A stretch of DNA of 59,340 bases from Gonapodya sp. JEL0774. Lineage: Eukaryota. The stretch lies in NCBI GenBank assembly GCA_027604505.1, contig JADIIX010000139.1:1-59340 (forward strand), read 5' to 3'. A model generated the notes under the pieces. The model saw only the letters and a list, made by a program, of their open reading frames with translations. It was not told the DNA's origin and did not search any database. How positions within the stretch are numbered: position 1 is the first letter of the stretch; the number at the start of each line of letters is the position of its first letter. Of this stretch, positions 23,863-36,599 are shown in pieces. The translations under genes and the position numbers were made by a program.

Positions 23863-26800
23863 CTATTTTGGTTTCGGTGGTCGACGTGAGGAAACCCCTG
23901 AATGCGGAGTGGTAGCCGACTCGCCAACTACGGGAGGGGTTGCGGGATTACCGGAGCGAGGCGACCGTCTGTGCCGGTTTGCAGGCGTCGACGTGTTTGC
24001 TATTGGGGAAGAATGTGTAGTTTCGGAGAGAGCATAGGATGGTGGAAATTCAGATGACTGCTGATGGGAGGAGTTTAGGGTAGGACGAGAGGGCACAAGA
24101 TTAAGGGAAGCAGAAGGGCTTCCTTCCATGAAAAACGAAGGTGAGTTATTAAAAGTACTTTGTCTTTGCTGGTGCGCAAGGTGTTGGTTTGGGGGTTTGG
24201 GCTTTCGTGGAGGACGGGGTGGTCTCCGTCTCTCGGGAGGAGTGGCATTAACGAATATTGCGGGCGAGTCTGGTGGTGCCAGAGTCGACTGAGCAACAGA
24301 ACGTGTGCCCGAAGAATGGTTGGCAGGATGATTTATCATAGAAGCCGGATGGATAGGTTCGTCAACAGGTACTGTCTCCTGAGCAACCGTTTCCTGCACG
24401 GTTTGTGGGTGATTGTCGGTATCGGAGCCGCCAAGAGAAGGGTACTCTTGATAATACTGTTTTTGGCCCGGAGGAGGGGGCCGCGAAATCCATCCACTCA
24501 CAGCCCCTCGACCGCTCCCCACTTTCGTTGTTGAAGAGGTGGGAGAGGTCGAGAAGTTCACCGATGAGCGGGAACTATTGAGTGCATCTGGCTTCCAGGC
24601 TGGTCCAGTCGATCTAGAATTGCGAGCGCTTGTCAATTGACAGGTAAGTGGCAAAATCACTGAAGACTCTCACCTTTCGCCCATCGGAGGACCTGAGGTC
24701 TTCTCTAGGAGCCGCACACCCACAGGACTCGAATTTTCAAACATTTTTGTTTGGGTTGTTGTGGGGGGAGGTTCCGAAACAGGTTTAATACTGGACCAAG
24801 CAGGCTTCGCCTGTTTTGCAGACGTCGCAGTTGCGAATGGCGGAGATAGCAAAGCTTGTGCGGCGACTCGCTTCCGCTCTTTCTGCGATTGTTTTGAGGA
24901 AGTGACGCTAGGAGCCATCTGAATGCGAAAGAAGGAAGGTAAACGATTACCATCGGTCATGAGTAGCAACTTTTATCGAGCAACTCACTGAAATCGGATG
25001 TGAGGGATTGGGGATTCGGATGCTCTCTTCTGCCATTATGTCAAGAATCGACTTTTTTCTGTGGTGGAGAGAGAGATAAATATGAATATCTTTCCTGCCA
25101 TCTGAACGGCATTGCTATGTTGCACACTTCACTTCTCCATTGGCCTTCCATGCTCCATCCAATGTCTTCGGAGAAGAAGCGATAAGCGGTTGATGCTCAG
25201 TTTGAGGCGAAGTACCCTTTTGACTTGTTTTCGAGGGTGTTTCCCTCCGGTCTCCCGGAGTGTCTAAGGCCGAGTGAGTTTGTTCTTCCATTTCCATCAC
25301 AAACAAACCATCGGCTGGCCGAATATCGCTCTCAGATCGTTGTTTACAGAGGGGTTGATTGGTTCTGTTCCGCGGATTGCCTTGAGGTGGCCCATTGAGA
25401 ACCACGTACTCCACATTGTCCAGCTCACTGCTATCCCGTACTGATGGGTGGGATGCGGCTACTCTGAGACGGTCATAAAAGCCTCCAGGTCCCAGCATGT
25501 AAGGAATTTTCATCATTTGCAGTGTTTGCAGTGTTTTCTCAACATCCTCTAACAGCTCTTCCGAGATGTCCTCGAGTGCATGTGCTTCAACTATGGTTTC
25601 CAGGTTTTCGATCAAAAAGTCGATGCACTTGGGCTTAAGAGCGCAGTTGTAAGCATCGGATACCTCCAAGAGATCCGTGACATTTCGAACCGAGAGAACT
25701 CTGATCAACACATTACAGCACACGTCCTTCCGGCCGGACGAAACTCAAGAGTTAATTGCTACATGAGAACCGAAATTCACAAGCTCTAGGTTTTACCTTA
25801 AGTTTCTCCAGAAGGAGTTCATTCGCGGCCGCGAGAACTTCGACAATAAAGTTGATCCATTCATTGACGGAGTCCCGCACAATATCCCGAAAAACTTCCA
25901 CGAACTGGTCTGAGTATAACATCGCGATGACAACATCGAAGACTTCACCGCGAATGTGTGTTAAATCAACCACAACTTGACCCTTCTCATTTCGACGCAT
26001 CCATGCTGAACCCGTGGAGAGCAGAGCTTTGAAGTACGGACTAAGAACAAGGTGTTAGCAAGCTTGAACCCATAATTGCAGGATTTGTGATTCTTGCTAC
26101 CTTCGGTTAACCAATATTACTTGGTGGCAAAGGACTCTGGAATCCGATAGCTCAACCAGAATATCACCAAAAGGGGTGTTTTCGTCAACAGGTCTGAATG
26201 AGAACCAATGTTTCGCTAGTAGCGAATCAGTGCTTATGACCCCACTGGCAAGAGAAAATGTTAAGGGGGAACTGGGCTGCCGCTGCTCGTAGTCAGCTCA
26301 CAAGGTTTCCGCTTTGATGCCCAGGAGCTTGACCAAGCCGTCCCATTCGTTGAAGAGTGTCACGGACAAATTATGCTTCGATTTGTCTGCCTTTTTCTTT
26401 TTCTTGGGAGAGTCACTGCCATCCATGGCAAGGTACACCGTCTCATCCCAGTTACGCTTGAAAACACCGGTATATAACTGAATGAGAAGAGGAACTTACA
26501 AAACGGACCTTCTCTGAAACGAAAATCAGGAGGCTCACCCATTCTAAAGCTGCACGGAGTGATACTTCATGCAAGTTCTCGATGGTAATCCTGAGCTCCG
26601 AACTTCCACCAAAAGAAGTGCTCTTGTCCACTCGATGGACACTCCAACCAGTTGGCAGATTACCGTCAGAGACATGGTCATTCGTAGCGAATCTATGGAA
26701 CAAGCTTCTGAAGAACTCTGACCGGCACGCAAGGACTGCTTGGTGTGCTCGAACTTCCTCGGATGGCAGTTTGAACAACACGTCAGCAAAATCATCCACA

Positions 26801-28788
26801 TAATGCGGATCGCCTTTCCTGCCCACCACGGAGTCAAAAGCGTGGGAGAGTGATTCTTTCATGGGTCTGTTCTCTATCGCATTTGGCGTTGGGCGGTGAT
26901 CGGACCTCACCGCAGCGAAAGCGCCTTCGATCAAATTGGATTGAACGGCCAATGAATTTGAGACCCTACGTTATCGACGTGCAGAAACTCACCCCCTGAG
27001 CTCGCGGACACCTCTCGAATATGCTGCAGCCCGGTAACTTTTGTGTACTGGTAGAAAGCGCCGTCCGAACCACCGCCACTCGTCCTTGTTTCCTTACGAG
27101 GACTACCCTGATAGACATTCCCGGCTTCTGTCACCAACAAAATGGTAGAATCAAGTCCCATTGCAAGGTCGATAGCTCTCAGATGTTTCCTCCTGCTCGA
27201 CCAGACGGTTTTGGGTCGTTTTTGGGGACAGAATTTTTGTCGCCAATCATCGGCATAATCGATATCAGGTGGAACCCAAGTGACGATATCGCCAGCTTGC
27301 GTCAAACTGACAGAGTGAACCAGGTTGAAGTCACGTCCCGTAGAAACCAACCGAACAACCAAAACTCACGCCAAAACTTGGAAGTTATTTGCAGCCAGTT
27401 TCACCACTTTGTTCGCATTTTTCACCCTCGCTGAGCGATAAAAGGTAAAGTTTTTAAGAGTTGTCTGAGCTGGAAAGAGCACTTTCTCCACAGAAAAGCC
27501 ACAAAACACTAAGACTTCGTTTGAATCAAGAAGAACGGCGGTAGCATTGTTCGTTGCAACAATTTGGAGTATGTTTTGACCAGAGGTGAGTGTTGCAATC
27601 TTCTTCGGAACGTCTGACGTTGCCGAGGTGGCGTTGGGTGGAAGAGGGTATCCCAGCTGACCCTTGTTCAGTCCCCAAGTGTACACGCTTCCAGTTTTGG
27701 TATAGACTGCGGTGTGGAACCTAGAAGCAAGCAGAACTTTAACAAGGTGTATGAGTGTGGGTGTGTCATGAGTCTCCACTCACTTTCCCGCTGCTGAGCC
27801 GACCACAAATGATTTTCTCAACGCTGTAACCTCCCTTGGCTCTCGTACATGTGCAAGGTCTGAACCACTGGCTTCCACGGGATATCCAAGCTGACTGTAC
27901 TCATTGCTGCCGCACGTAAAAACTTCACCCTTCTTGGAAACGAAGACGGTATGGTCTGGACCCGCTGAAACAGACGCCACTGAGAACGGAAGCGTTAGCT
28001 GCTTCGGTTCCAGGCGCGTTTCTTGGTCCCCCAGTCCAAGCCGACCGCCCAATCCATAACCGCAAACATAAACACCCTCCGAGGTGAGGAAAACCGTGTG
28101 GTACTTAGACTAGAGAAGAAATAACTCTGAAGAATCTCTTCTGGAAACGCGCTAGAGCAATAATTTTCGGAGAAAAAAGGAAACTCACCATAACGACGTG
28201 GTTCACTGTAGGCTGATGCTCCTTCAATGTTCCGAGCGACACCCTGCTCCTCGCTGCCAGCTCCACTCGTTCCGGATAGCTCTTATCACCCGCTGATGCC
28301 ACGCCCAAGGTGTGATTTGCGTTTGATCCCCACACGAAGACCGCGGTGGATTCGGGTAGCTCAACCTCTGGTGTGCTTCCTTCGTCCTCACTGTCAAAGT
28401 CCTTCTCCTTCACCTCACTGGTCTCTACAGGATGAGATGAAGGTGCTCGAAGATAGGAAGAAAGAAGGAGGTCGATTGCCGTCTTGCCCTCCCGATCGAC
28501 GATCTTTAAATCACACTTCCGGGTCTTCAAAACATCGGATGCGATGACCATTCGCCCAAAATAAAACGCTATATGCAGTGCCGTCCATCCACTTTCTCGA
28601 TCCGTGAGATTGACGTTCACGCGGTTGCTCTCGAGAAGGGCTCGAACAACTTCGCGATCGCCCGCATACACCGAAGCGTGGAGGGGGGTTCGTCCCATCC
28701 CGTCGACGGCATTGGGATCCGTAGTGGACTTCCGAAGTAGGGAACGCAGCCAATCCAGATCTTTTCTGGTGATAGCGTCCCATAGCAT
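23863..28788 (-). CDS. IBTK: Ankyrin-RCC1-BTB-BTB protein (IBTK / S. pombe Btb1-like Cul3 adaptor), multi-exon
   Basis: Ankyrin 'GRTPLHAS', 'ESGWTALHIAFYFG'. RCC1 'WGSNANHTLG', 'GGRLGLGD', 'TCGSNEYSQLGY', 'TWGLNKGQLGY'. BTB 'ADVLF...AHQAVLACRSEFFRSLF' and 'GDILVEL...CHQVILVNRSPYFKALL'. Low-complexity tail with 'SQKERKR'. Confidence 0.88.
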
Positions 28789-28954
28789 TTTATGTCCTTC
28801 TCCTTTCCCCCCTCCTCCCCACAATCTGCCTCCCCCACTCCCACCGACAAACACACCATCGAAAAAAAGCCCATCGATCATTCTAAGAGCTGCTAACATG
28901 AGAAAGCTCAATGTATTTTCAGGAAAAAGTAACATGTTGATTCCAGCTTCACTC

Positions 28955-30505
28955 CTAGCATTCCCCGACCAATTCCCAGCCGTTCCAGAACAAGCTCATG
29001 CCTTCTTGAATCCCTTTCTTCCTCAGAATCGACCGAGTGAGAGGAATATCCACACCCACCGTGAAACAGCTGAACCACTCCAGTTTCTCACACTTCTCGA
29101 CCAACGCGGCAACCCCTTTGTCTGTTATTGCCGTCAATCCCACGTCGACAGCTCGAAGAACATTGTGTAGAGACGAACCTAGAGCTTCGAGCGTTTTGTC
29201 GGTGACGCAAGGAACGTCACTAAGGCTCAACTGCGCCAGGCCTGGTACAGAGGCGATAGACAAGAGGATGCTCTCCTCGGTTAATTCAATGCAGCCGGAC
29301 ACGTCCAGTCCTGTCAGAGAAGCGGACAGCTTTCCCGTCAGAAGAGTCAGAAGTGGATCGTCCAGGCGGATTTGGCGCTGCAACACGAGGATCCGCAGGT
29401 GGGGTACGCTCGCAAGAAGTCCAAGACTTTCCGCCGACAGGGCATAAACCGTACTCCCGCAACATAGACTGAGATTTCGGAGACTCACATGACGCGTGGA
29501 AGATGGTGGGGAGTGAACTGACAAGTTGTCTGAGGCTATAGAGACTAGCGTTTCGATAGTCAACTCGGAAAAAAATCCAGGGGTACCCCGCACGGTGAGA
29601 CCCGTTAAGTTAGCGCCCCTCTTACGCAAAAACTCCACAGCACCATTTGGGGAAATATTCCAAGCATGTGCCACCGAGAATTCTCGGAGGTACGTGGAAT
29701 ACTCAGCGATGGTGAGCAGGGTTTCGTCGCCGTATGTATCCGGAAAGCCTTCGATTCCCAACTTCGTCAGTGACGTGTGAGATCGAACAAAACTCCTTAA
29801 TAGTTCCGCATCTCGCTTCGTCGCCATGAAAACTCTGGTTAGGCTCTGTAGCTCCAAAATGCCATCGAGTGCTCGATAAGACAGCTCGCCAAAAGAAAAC
29901 TGTGAAGAGTCCAGCGTAATCAGTTTGTGTGCTCTTGACAGGAGCGATTCCATTGCCGTATCGCGGTCGATGCTGGAATGTAGTTGCGTAATGTGTCGAG
30001 GAAGAGTGAAATGCCTGACTTGAGGCATGACAATATTCGAAAGTGACTCAATGTCCTCCAATTCGAGAGAATCTGCAACCCGCGCCAAGTTGAACCTGTC
30101 GATGGATTCACAAAGGTTGGGGTTGGTCTCAAGAAGAGCGAGGAAGCCTTTTACAGCGGCGCCAGATCGGAGGGTCGGGTTCCGGATGAGGACATGGAGG
30201 GCCGAACGTCGCCATGAACGAGAAACAAGTGAAGATGCGAGGAGCGAGGTGTGATTGACCTGGGCTGTGTAAAACAAACACGTTGTGCTTGTTATTAACA
30301 GTGAGACCGAGGACTGAGATTGAAAGAAAGCACACGCACCGAAGATGAGAAGGAACACTTCTGGAGGAACATGGACCGGGAGCGGCATGGTGTAATGGAT
30401 AGTGGGAGGGGAGTGAACGGCCACAGCGGTACTAGACCTCCCTGAGCTCCCCCTCAGTTCTTCGTCCCTGTCCGCGCTCGCATTAATATCGAGCACCTCT
30501 GGCAT
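28955..30505 (-). CDS. F-box / RNI-like LRR protein (start could be 30505 or ~30388)
   Basis: Removing an in-frame intron (~30266-30340) gives the F-box 'HVPPEVFLLIFAQVNHTSLLASSLVSRSWRRSA'. C-terminal LRRs 'LTGLDVSGCIELTEESI', 'LSLSDVPCVTDKTL', 'VDVGLTAITDKGV'. Confidence 0.85.
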   Translation of the reverse strand: MPEVLDINASADRDEELRGSSGRSSTAVAVHSPPTIHYTMPLPVHVPPEVFLLIFGACAFFQSQSSVSLLITSTTCLFYTAQVNHTSLLASSLVSRSWRRSALHVLIRNPTLRSGAAVKGFLALLETNPNLCESIDRFNLARVADSLELEDIESLSNIVMPQVRHFTLPRHITQLHSSIDRDTAMESLLSRAHKLITLDSSQFSFGELSYRALDGILELQSLTRVFMATKRDAELLRSFVRSHTSLTKLGIEGFPDTYGDETLLTIAEYSTYLREFSVAHAWNISPNGAVEFLRKRGANLTGLTVRGTPGFFSELTIETLVSIASDNLSVHSPPSSTRHVSLRNLSLCCGSTVYALSAESLGLLASVPHLRILVLQRQIRLDDPLLTLLTGKLSASLTGLDVSGCIELTEESILLSIASVPGLAQLSLSDVPCVTDKTLEALGSSLHNVLRAVDVGLTAITDKGVAALVEKCEKLEWFSCFTVGVDIPLTRSILRKKGIQEGMSLFWNGWELVGEC

Positions 30506-30534
30506 TCCCCCGCACTCCGCCAGTTATCTTCAAT

Positions 30535-33500
30535 ATGATGGCTGGCGATCGCACGAGCAAACCAATTGAAAAATATGCCTGGTTCGTCAGCTCCGACAAG
30601 GTCAAATGTCCAGACCTTCCCGTGGGCGAAGGCTACACCAGCAAGGTCTATGTCGGAGAGCTTCGGGGAATACCTCGGGTGGCCATCAAAATCTTGAATC
30701 CACAAATGTATCGCGCCGGAGTGCAACAGGACCTCGAACTTTTCACCCACGAAATCGAAATATGGTGGAGGTTGAAAGACCATCCCAACGTCTGTCAAGT
30801 ATACGGCGCAGGAATTATCAACTGGAAATGGGGGGGAAAGGAGCAGCCTTGCTTCTTTTTTGCCGCTCCATTTCTGAAGAACGGCGATTGCTCAACCTTC
30901 ATGCATGGCAAACCCATTTCGGACAAACTAAGATTAGTAAGTACTATACTCGAGATCACCAAACTGTTCCGCTCAGCCTCTCAATTTTATCCAAGTTGTA
31001 TGAAGTAGCTTCTGGAATGGCCCACCTGCATGCTCAAAAAGTGTTCCATGCGGATTTGAAGCCAGGAAACGTGATGATTGACGATCAAAGTTCTGCTCGT
31101 ATTGTTGACTTCGGTGCTGCCAAGGCTGATAACTTTGATACCACAACTGGCATGCGAGTTGGAACATGGGCATATATGCCCCCTGAGCGTCTTGGTGGTG
31201 ATGCACCAACAAGTGCAGCTGGTGATGTTTTTGCATTTGGAATGACAATGTACTCAGTAAGTCTTTGCTTGGAAACCACTGATCCAGACTCTGTCCCCAA
31301 CCCATTTGTGTGAAGATTCTTGCATCCAGAAGACCATTTCCAGAAAAGAGCAATGATGAAATCTACAAAGCTATTGTGTCAGATGGCAAAAGGCCAGATG
31401 TTACTGTTTTGGTTGATGTGAAACCAGAGTTGGTTGATCTCATGCAACAGTGCTGGGCTGATGCTCCTGAAAGCCGTCCCTCATTTGATCAAATTGTGAA
31501 GACCCTGAGAAAGTTTGTGTGAGTTAGCGCCCAAAGGCTACAGTGGAATGTTTTCTCATCAGTATTGTTCTTCTGATCTCTTTCCCCTGGTTCTCTCTTC
31601 AAAGACAAATTACACATGAAGATCAAATTGAGATGAAGGACTTGGCTGTTCAAGCCAGAGAAGAATGGTTTCTAGAGGAGTCTATTGTTGCAGATAACCA
31701 GAACTCACCATTGGATGCCCATAGTCTGGCTAATCTCAAAGGATGGACTCTCTCTGCAAAGTAGGGATGTCCACTTTAAACACTCTCTGAATTAACTCTT
31801 CTTTATGTCACTGTCACCTGCACATCTTCTGTTCCCCTGTCAGGTTTGGTCTAAGTGATCTTGGCATCGATCAAAATGACATGGGTTGGTTGTTGCTCGA
31901 TTCTGACATAGACTATGTTTTCTTCACACATCTGTGGTACAGTCTTGGTAAAGTTTTTGGATGATGTGAATATGCAGTACAGGTGCAGAAATTTGAGGAC
32001 AGGAGAGCGGGTTTGGATTCCAGCAGAGACTTTTCTGCATATTTTCGACATTTCCATACCAGCTGCAATCCTTCCATATTCGTTGAACAAGTCCTTTCAA
32101 GTGTTTTTGGAGAGTTGGTATGAACGATGTTTTTTGGGGGCACCAGATGATGAAGGTCTCCCTTTACTCCTAGATGTCACCATAGTGGAGGATGACATTG
32201 AAAAGTTTGATGATGCATTTGACACCTCTTCCGATCTCACACATCTGTGGTTGAGAAGTGAGGAATTAGTAACTGAATGTAAGCATTTGAATGGGTTTCT
32301 TATCTCCCTTGTTGAGTTAGGGGTCAACCTGAAACCTCAGTTCCTTGAGGTTACCTCACCAACACTGGTACAATGCAAGCACATGTTGGTTTTGGACATT
32401 TCTGGTAAGATTGATTGATGAAACAATAGATTCAAGGAGGAGCTTACATGAATGACACTCTATGGTCAGGAAATGAGGATCTTTCGAGGGCAGGCCCACA
32501 TATTGCCAAGATTTTGAGTGGCACACCAGAGTTGCAGAAGCTCAATCTAGGAAGTCTTTATCAGTTTTGTTTTAAACCTCTCAGAGTTCCTCTTCAACAT
32601 AAGTTTTACCACCAGGCACTGGTCTCAATGAGGACAGCATGGAACACATTGTGGAATCCCTTCCAGTTCTTCAGAAACTGACTCACTTGAGTCTTGCCTG
32701 TAAAATACGCTCCTCTTTGTTTGTTTTGTCCAGTTTATCAATCATTTAAGTACTTTATGATACAGACAATCCCATTGAGAAGTCTGGTGGAGTAATCCTT
32801 GCAAAATACCTTGGAGATCTGCAAAACCTTCAGAAGTTGAACTTGGCAGGTGAGATTGATTTTTCAATCTTTATCTCTTTACTGCTGCTTACTCTGTTTG
32901 ATTCAGCTGTTGGGCTAAATGCAGTGGGGACTACTGCCATAGCAGGAGCACTGAAACAAATTGCAACTTTGCAATATCTGGATCTTTCTGGTATGACAAG
33001 TTACATCAATCTGCACTTTCAACTTTGATACAGGATGATTGATTAGAGAATGAAATCAGAGATGATGGAGCTACTGCCATTGGTGAAGCTCTCAGTTGCA
33101 TGACAAGTCTTACAACTCTTTACCTTCAAGGTTATTGGAATTTGCACTTATTGTTGGTGCTGATGGGTCTTACCTGAGTAATATAGGGAATCGCATCAAA
33201 GATGATGGGGCTGCTGCCATTGGTCAAGGACTCAAAGGTATAAAAAGACTCAAGATCATGTGCATTGGAGGTGAGTTTAAGAAAGAAATGATATTCAGCA
33301 CATGTGAAGAAATCCTGTAATCCATATGTCTAGTGAACTTCATTGGGGCACAGGGTGCCAAATCTCTTGCAGATGGGGTGGAGCACTTAAATGCCCTCAC
33401 AAGTTTTGATATTGGAGGTGAGCTCCTCAACCCACTATTATAGCCTTGTAGTAAGAGTTTTGTTAAATTGCTCAGTGAACAAAATTGGGGGTACTGGAGC

Positions 33501-35215
33501 AAAATTTCTTTGTGAGAAGCTTTGTGCCCTTGCAAACCTCTCAACTTTAAATCTGGGTAGTAAGTATGATGGTGTGTGCTTGCAATCCATTGTTTCTCAT
33601 ATTGCATTCTCTAGGTAATCAAATAAGTTCAGATGGAGCAAATGCCTTGAGTGAAGGCCTTGTCCTTTTCAAAAACAGAACACGCCTTACCCATTTAAAT
33701 CTTGAGAGTGAGTTATGTGAAGTTATTCTTGTGGATTGTGTCTTGATCTCACCTTTCTCACATCAATTTGTCTAAAGATAATGCTCTAAGAGGAGGAAAG
33801 ACACTTGGTGAAGGGCTTAAGGTCCTGAACACAGTCACAACTCTAAACCTCAAATGCAAGTTTTATGAATTCAGCTCTCACTTTGTTCTGTTTGTCAACA
33901 GCCTCTTCCTTGTCTGATAGATAATTCGCTGGGACCTGAGGCAATCAGAGAAATTTGTGGAGGACTTCAGGAGCTTACTAATATCACTGCTTTGGATTTG
34001 TCTGGTAATTTGCAGTGCACAATTTTTGGTTGTTTAGCTTCAGTGTTGTTTAAAGATGAATCGTAGGGACTCACATGCAACCAGATGGAGCAACAGCACT
34101 TGCCACAGCACTAAAACACTTGACTAACCTATTAGATTTGCATCTCTCTGGTTTGTTTGTGATCGGTTAAAAATCCATTAATGTTGAAAGTGGGCAAAGT
34201 CCCCATCTCTGAACAGGGAACCAAATAAGAAACAAAGGGGCAAGGAGTCTCAGTGAAGGGCTTACATTTTTGACTAACCTTCACACACTTTCTCTTAATG
34301 GTAAGTTGATTGAAGTGAACTGTGGCAGGTGACTCAGTTTTCAGTGTTTGCATTCATCTCTTCCAGATAATGATATTGGACCAGAAGGAGCAAAGGCATT
34401 ATGTGAGGGTCTCAAGGGAATGTCAAGTCTCACAATCTTAAATCTTGAATGTAAGTTGAAGAACCTTTACTGTGGAAGTTGTGAAAGAATTGTTAGTCCT
34501 GTTGCCTATCCTACAGTGAATGAGATTGGCGATGAAGGAGCAAGTGCTCTTGGTGAATGCCTTAAGAGTCTCACTAATCTAACTACATTGAACTTGGCAT
34601 GTGAGATGGATTCATCAGTTCCTTCAGATCACATTTTGTCACAACTCACTACCAATGTTCCAGATAACCAAATTGGAGATGTTGGGGCAAGTGGACTTGC
34701 AGAAGGGTTCAAGGCCTTAATAAACCTCACACATTTGTCTCTCCGTTGTGAGTTTTACCTGCTGTCTTTGTTGTGAAGTTCTATAATAAGGGGAAGTTTT
34801 TAGCAAACAATATTAGAGATCATGGAGCAATGTCCCTTGGTAAAGGACTCAAAGACTTGACACAACTCTCAATAATAATTCTTGGATGTGAGTTGAATTA
34901 AACCCCTATTCTGAATGGTGACTTGATAATTGACTCTTCGCTTAAGGGAATGACATTGAATCAGAAGGAGCACATGCTCTTGCTAACGAGCTTCAGGGCC
35001 TCTCTCACCTTAGCATCTTGGATCTTGAATGTGAGTGTGGCTGCTTGAGCTTTGGTGGATCAATGTGCCTCACAACCAGCTGTGTAGTGATGAAAATTGG
35101 GGATGATGGTGCAAAGTCCCTCCACCAAAGCCTTCAACACATAGCCAATCTGAAAATAATTGTTGGTGACCCAGAAGGTAAAACTGCTGGGGTTTATAAC
35201 CTTAATAAGGCTTGA
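30535..35215 (+). CDS. TKL-type protein kinase + linker + ~20 ribonuclease-inhibitor-type LRRs, each on its own exon (possible frameshift near 31945)
   Basis: Kinase motifs VGEGYTSKVY, VAIK, 'EIEIWWRLKDHPNV', HADLKPGNVM, IVDFG, GTWAYMPPE, DVFAFG, 'CWADAPESRPSF'. Phase-2 splice into the 31604 exon. LRR exons such as 'DNDIGPEGAKALCEGLKGMSSLTILNLE' run from ~32320 to the stop at 35215. Confidence 0.75.
32320..35215 (+). repeat. Array of ~20 LRR exons (mostly 84 nt, phase 1-1) with ~55-70-nt introns, period ~145 bp
   Basis: Exon starts read at about 32320, 32470, 32616, 32766, 32907, 33047, 33187, 33334, 33476, 33615, 33778, 33921, 34067, 34216, 34367, 34517, 34664, 34804, 34947 and 35088. Each encodes roughly xNxIxxxGAxxLxxxLxxLxxLxxLxL. 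Confidence 0.85.
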
Positions 35216-36599
35216 ATTTTTGTAGAACATTTATAAAATAGCTGTTCAAAGGAAGTCAGACTGTTCCATCCTTTAGGATATGTGTGTTCTTGAGTGTATT
35301 AGTGGGTTTGAAAGAACACATTGTCTGAAAGCTGTCTCCCAGCACTTATGTAATGCCTGTCAGATATACTTCAGAAAAGAATAGCTTTAAGGGTTGGTAT
35401 TTTGTCACTGATGGACTCACAGTGCATGCACTATTTTAAGCATCAGAACTTTGACAATTCTGAGACTGTTTAAAAATTGTCTTTCTTGTGTATGGTCTGC
35501 ATTCACTAATTTTTGGTATTGTTTTGCCTTCATCCACCTGTTGTGTCACTGTTACAGTTGTCACATTTTTGACACACCCCAAGCTAGAGAAGACACCCAC
35601 CCTCAGAGGGAGGACCTCCATGTATTTTGCAAGTAACCAAGTAAAGTGAATCCATTCCAAATCAAACATGATTCATTTTAAAAGTTAGGTCCTTCTTGCT
35701 CTCCCTTGGTGACTTTCAACCTCCCATTGTGTATTCCGCACCTTGGCAGCCTGGGGGAGTCACATGTGCTTGGAGCAGGTTCTGTCAAATGCAGAGAGAG
35801 TTAACATGTAGGGTTAGTGTATCTTCTTAGGGGCTTTACCATCTTTGAGATTGTGGCGGGGATCTGCAGCAGCCCCTGAGTGGAATTGGGTCTGGAACAA
35901 CAATGGTTATTGAGTTTCTATGTGCAGACCAGAAAAGAACGTACACACCATCTGGCGTAGGAGAAGCTTGAGCTTGACAACCTTGATTGGTGCCTCCCCT
36001 ACCAGTTTGTTTGGGTTCTGCAGCTAAACGCGTATGAGTGCTGTGTGCACCATGGAGTTCACATTAAACTCAAATGAGCTCACCCTCCTCTTCCAAAGTG
36101 GAGTCTGAAGATGAATCATTAGAAGCTTCAGGACAGTCAGAGTTCCTCATCAGAATCTAGGAGAGGGTACTAAGTTTGGCATAGTGTGTATTGAAGATGC
36201 ATGCACTGGCATTTCACTCACCATTGTAACCCCCCCAAGCAACTGCTGCCTTGGTGTCCAAGAAGCGTACAACGTCTGGATAAACAATTGTCAGGGGATT
36301 CACTTGAAATGGACAACTGTGTTCCTACAACACCTCACCTTTGGGTATCCCTTGAGAGTTGAGGGAGACATCGTCATCTGAAGAGGCTGCTTCCACAGGG
36401 TCTTCAACATAGAGCAGTGAGCAGCATTCACCCACAATGTTGCACCAAAGCAGTTCCCTTGTGGTACATTTTTACTTTTTTGCTAAGGGTAGTTGACCTG
36501 AGTGTGTGACTACCCTCTGGGTTGGGCCAGAGTCCTTGAGTAAGACTGCATGGTGACAGGGGTTGTGCAGTTGACACTCAGACTTAGGAAGAGCAGGTG

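Noticed and set aside
32320..35215. Regular ~145-bp periodicity suggesting a CRISPR-like or satellite array
   Set aside because: No identical DNA repeat. The period is explained by LRR exon plus intron units.
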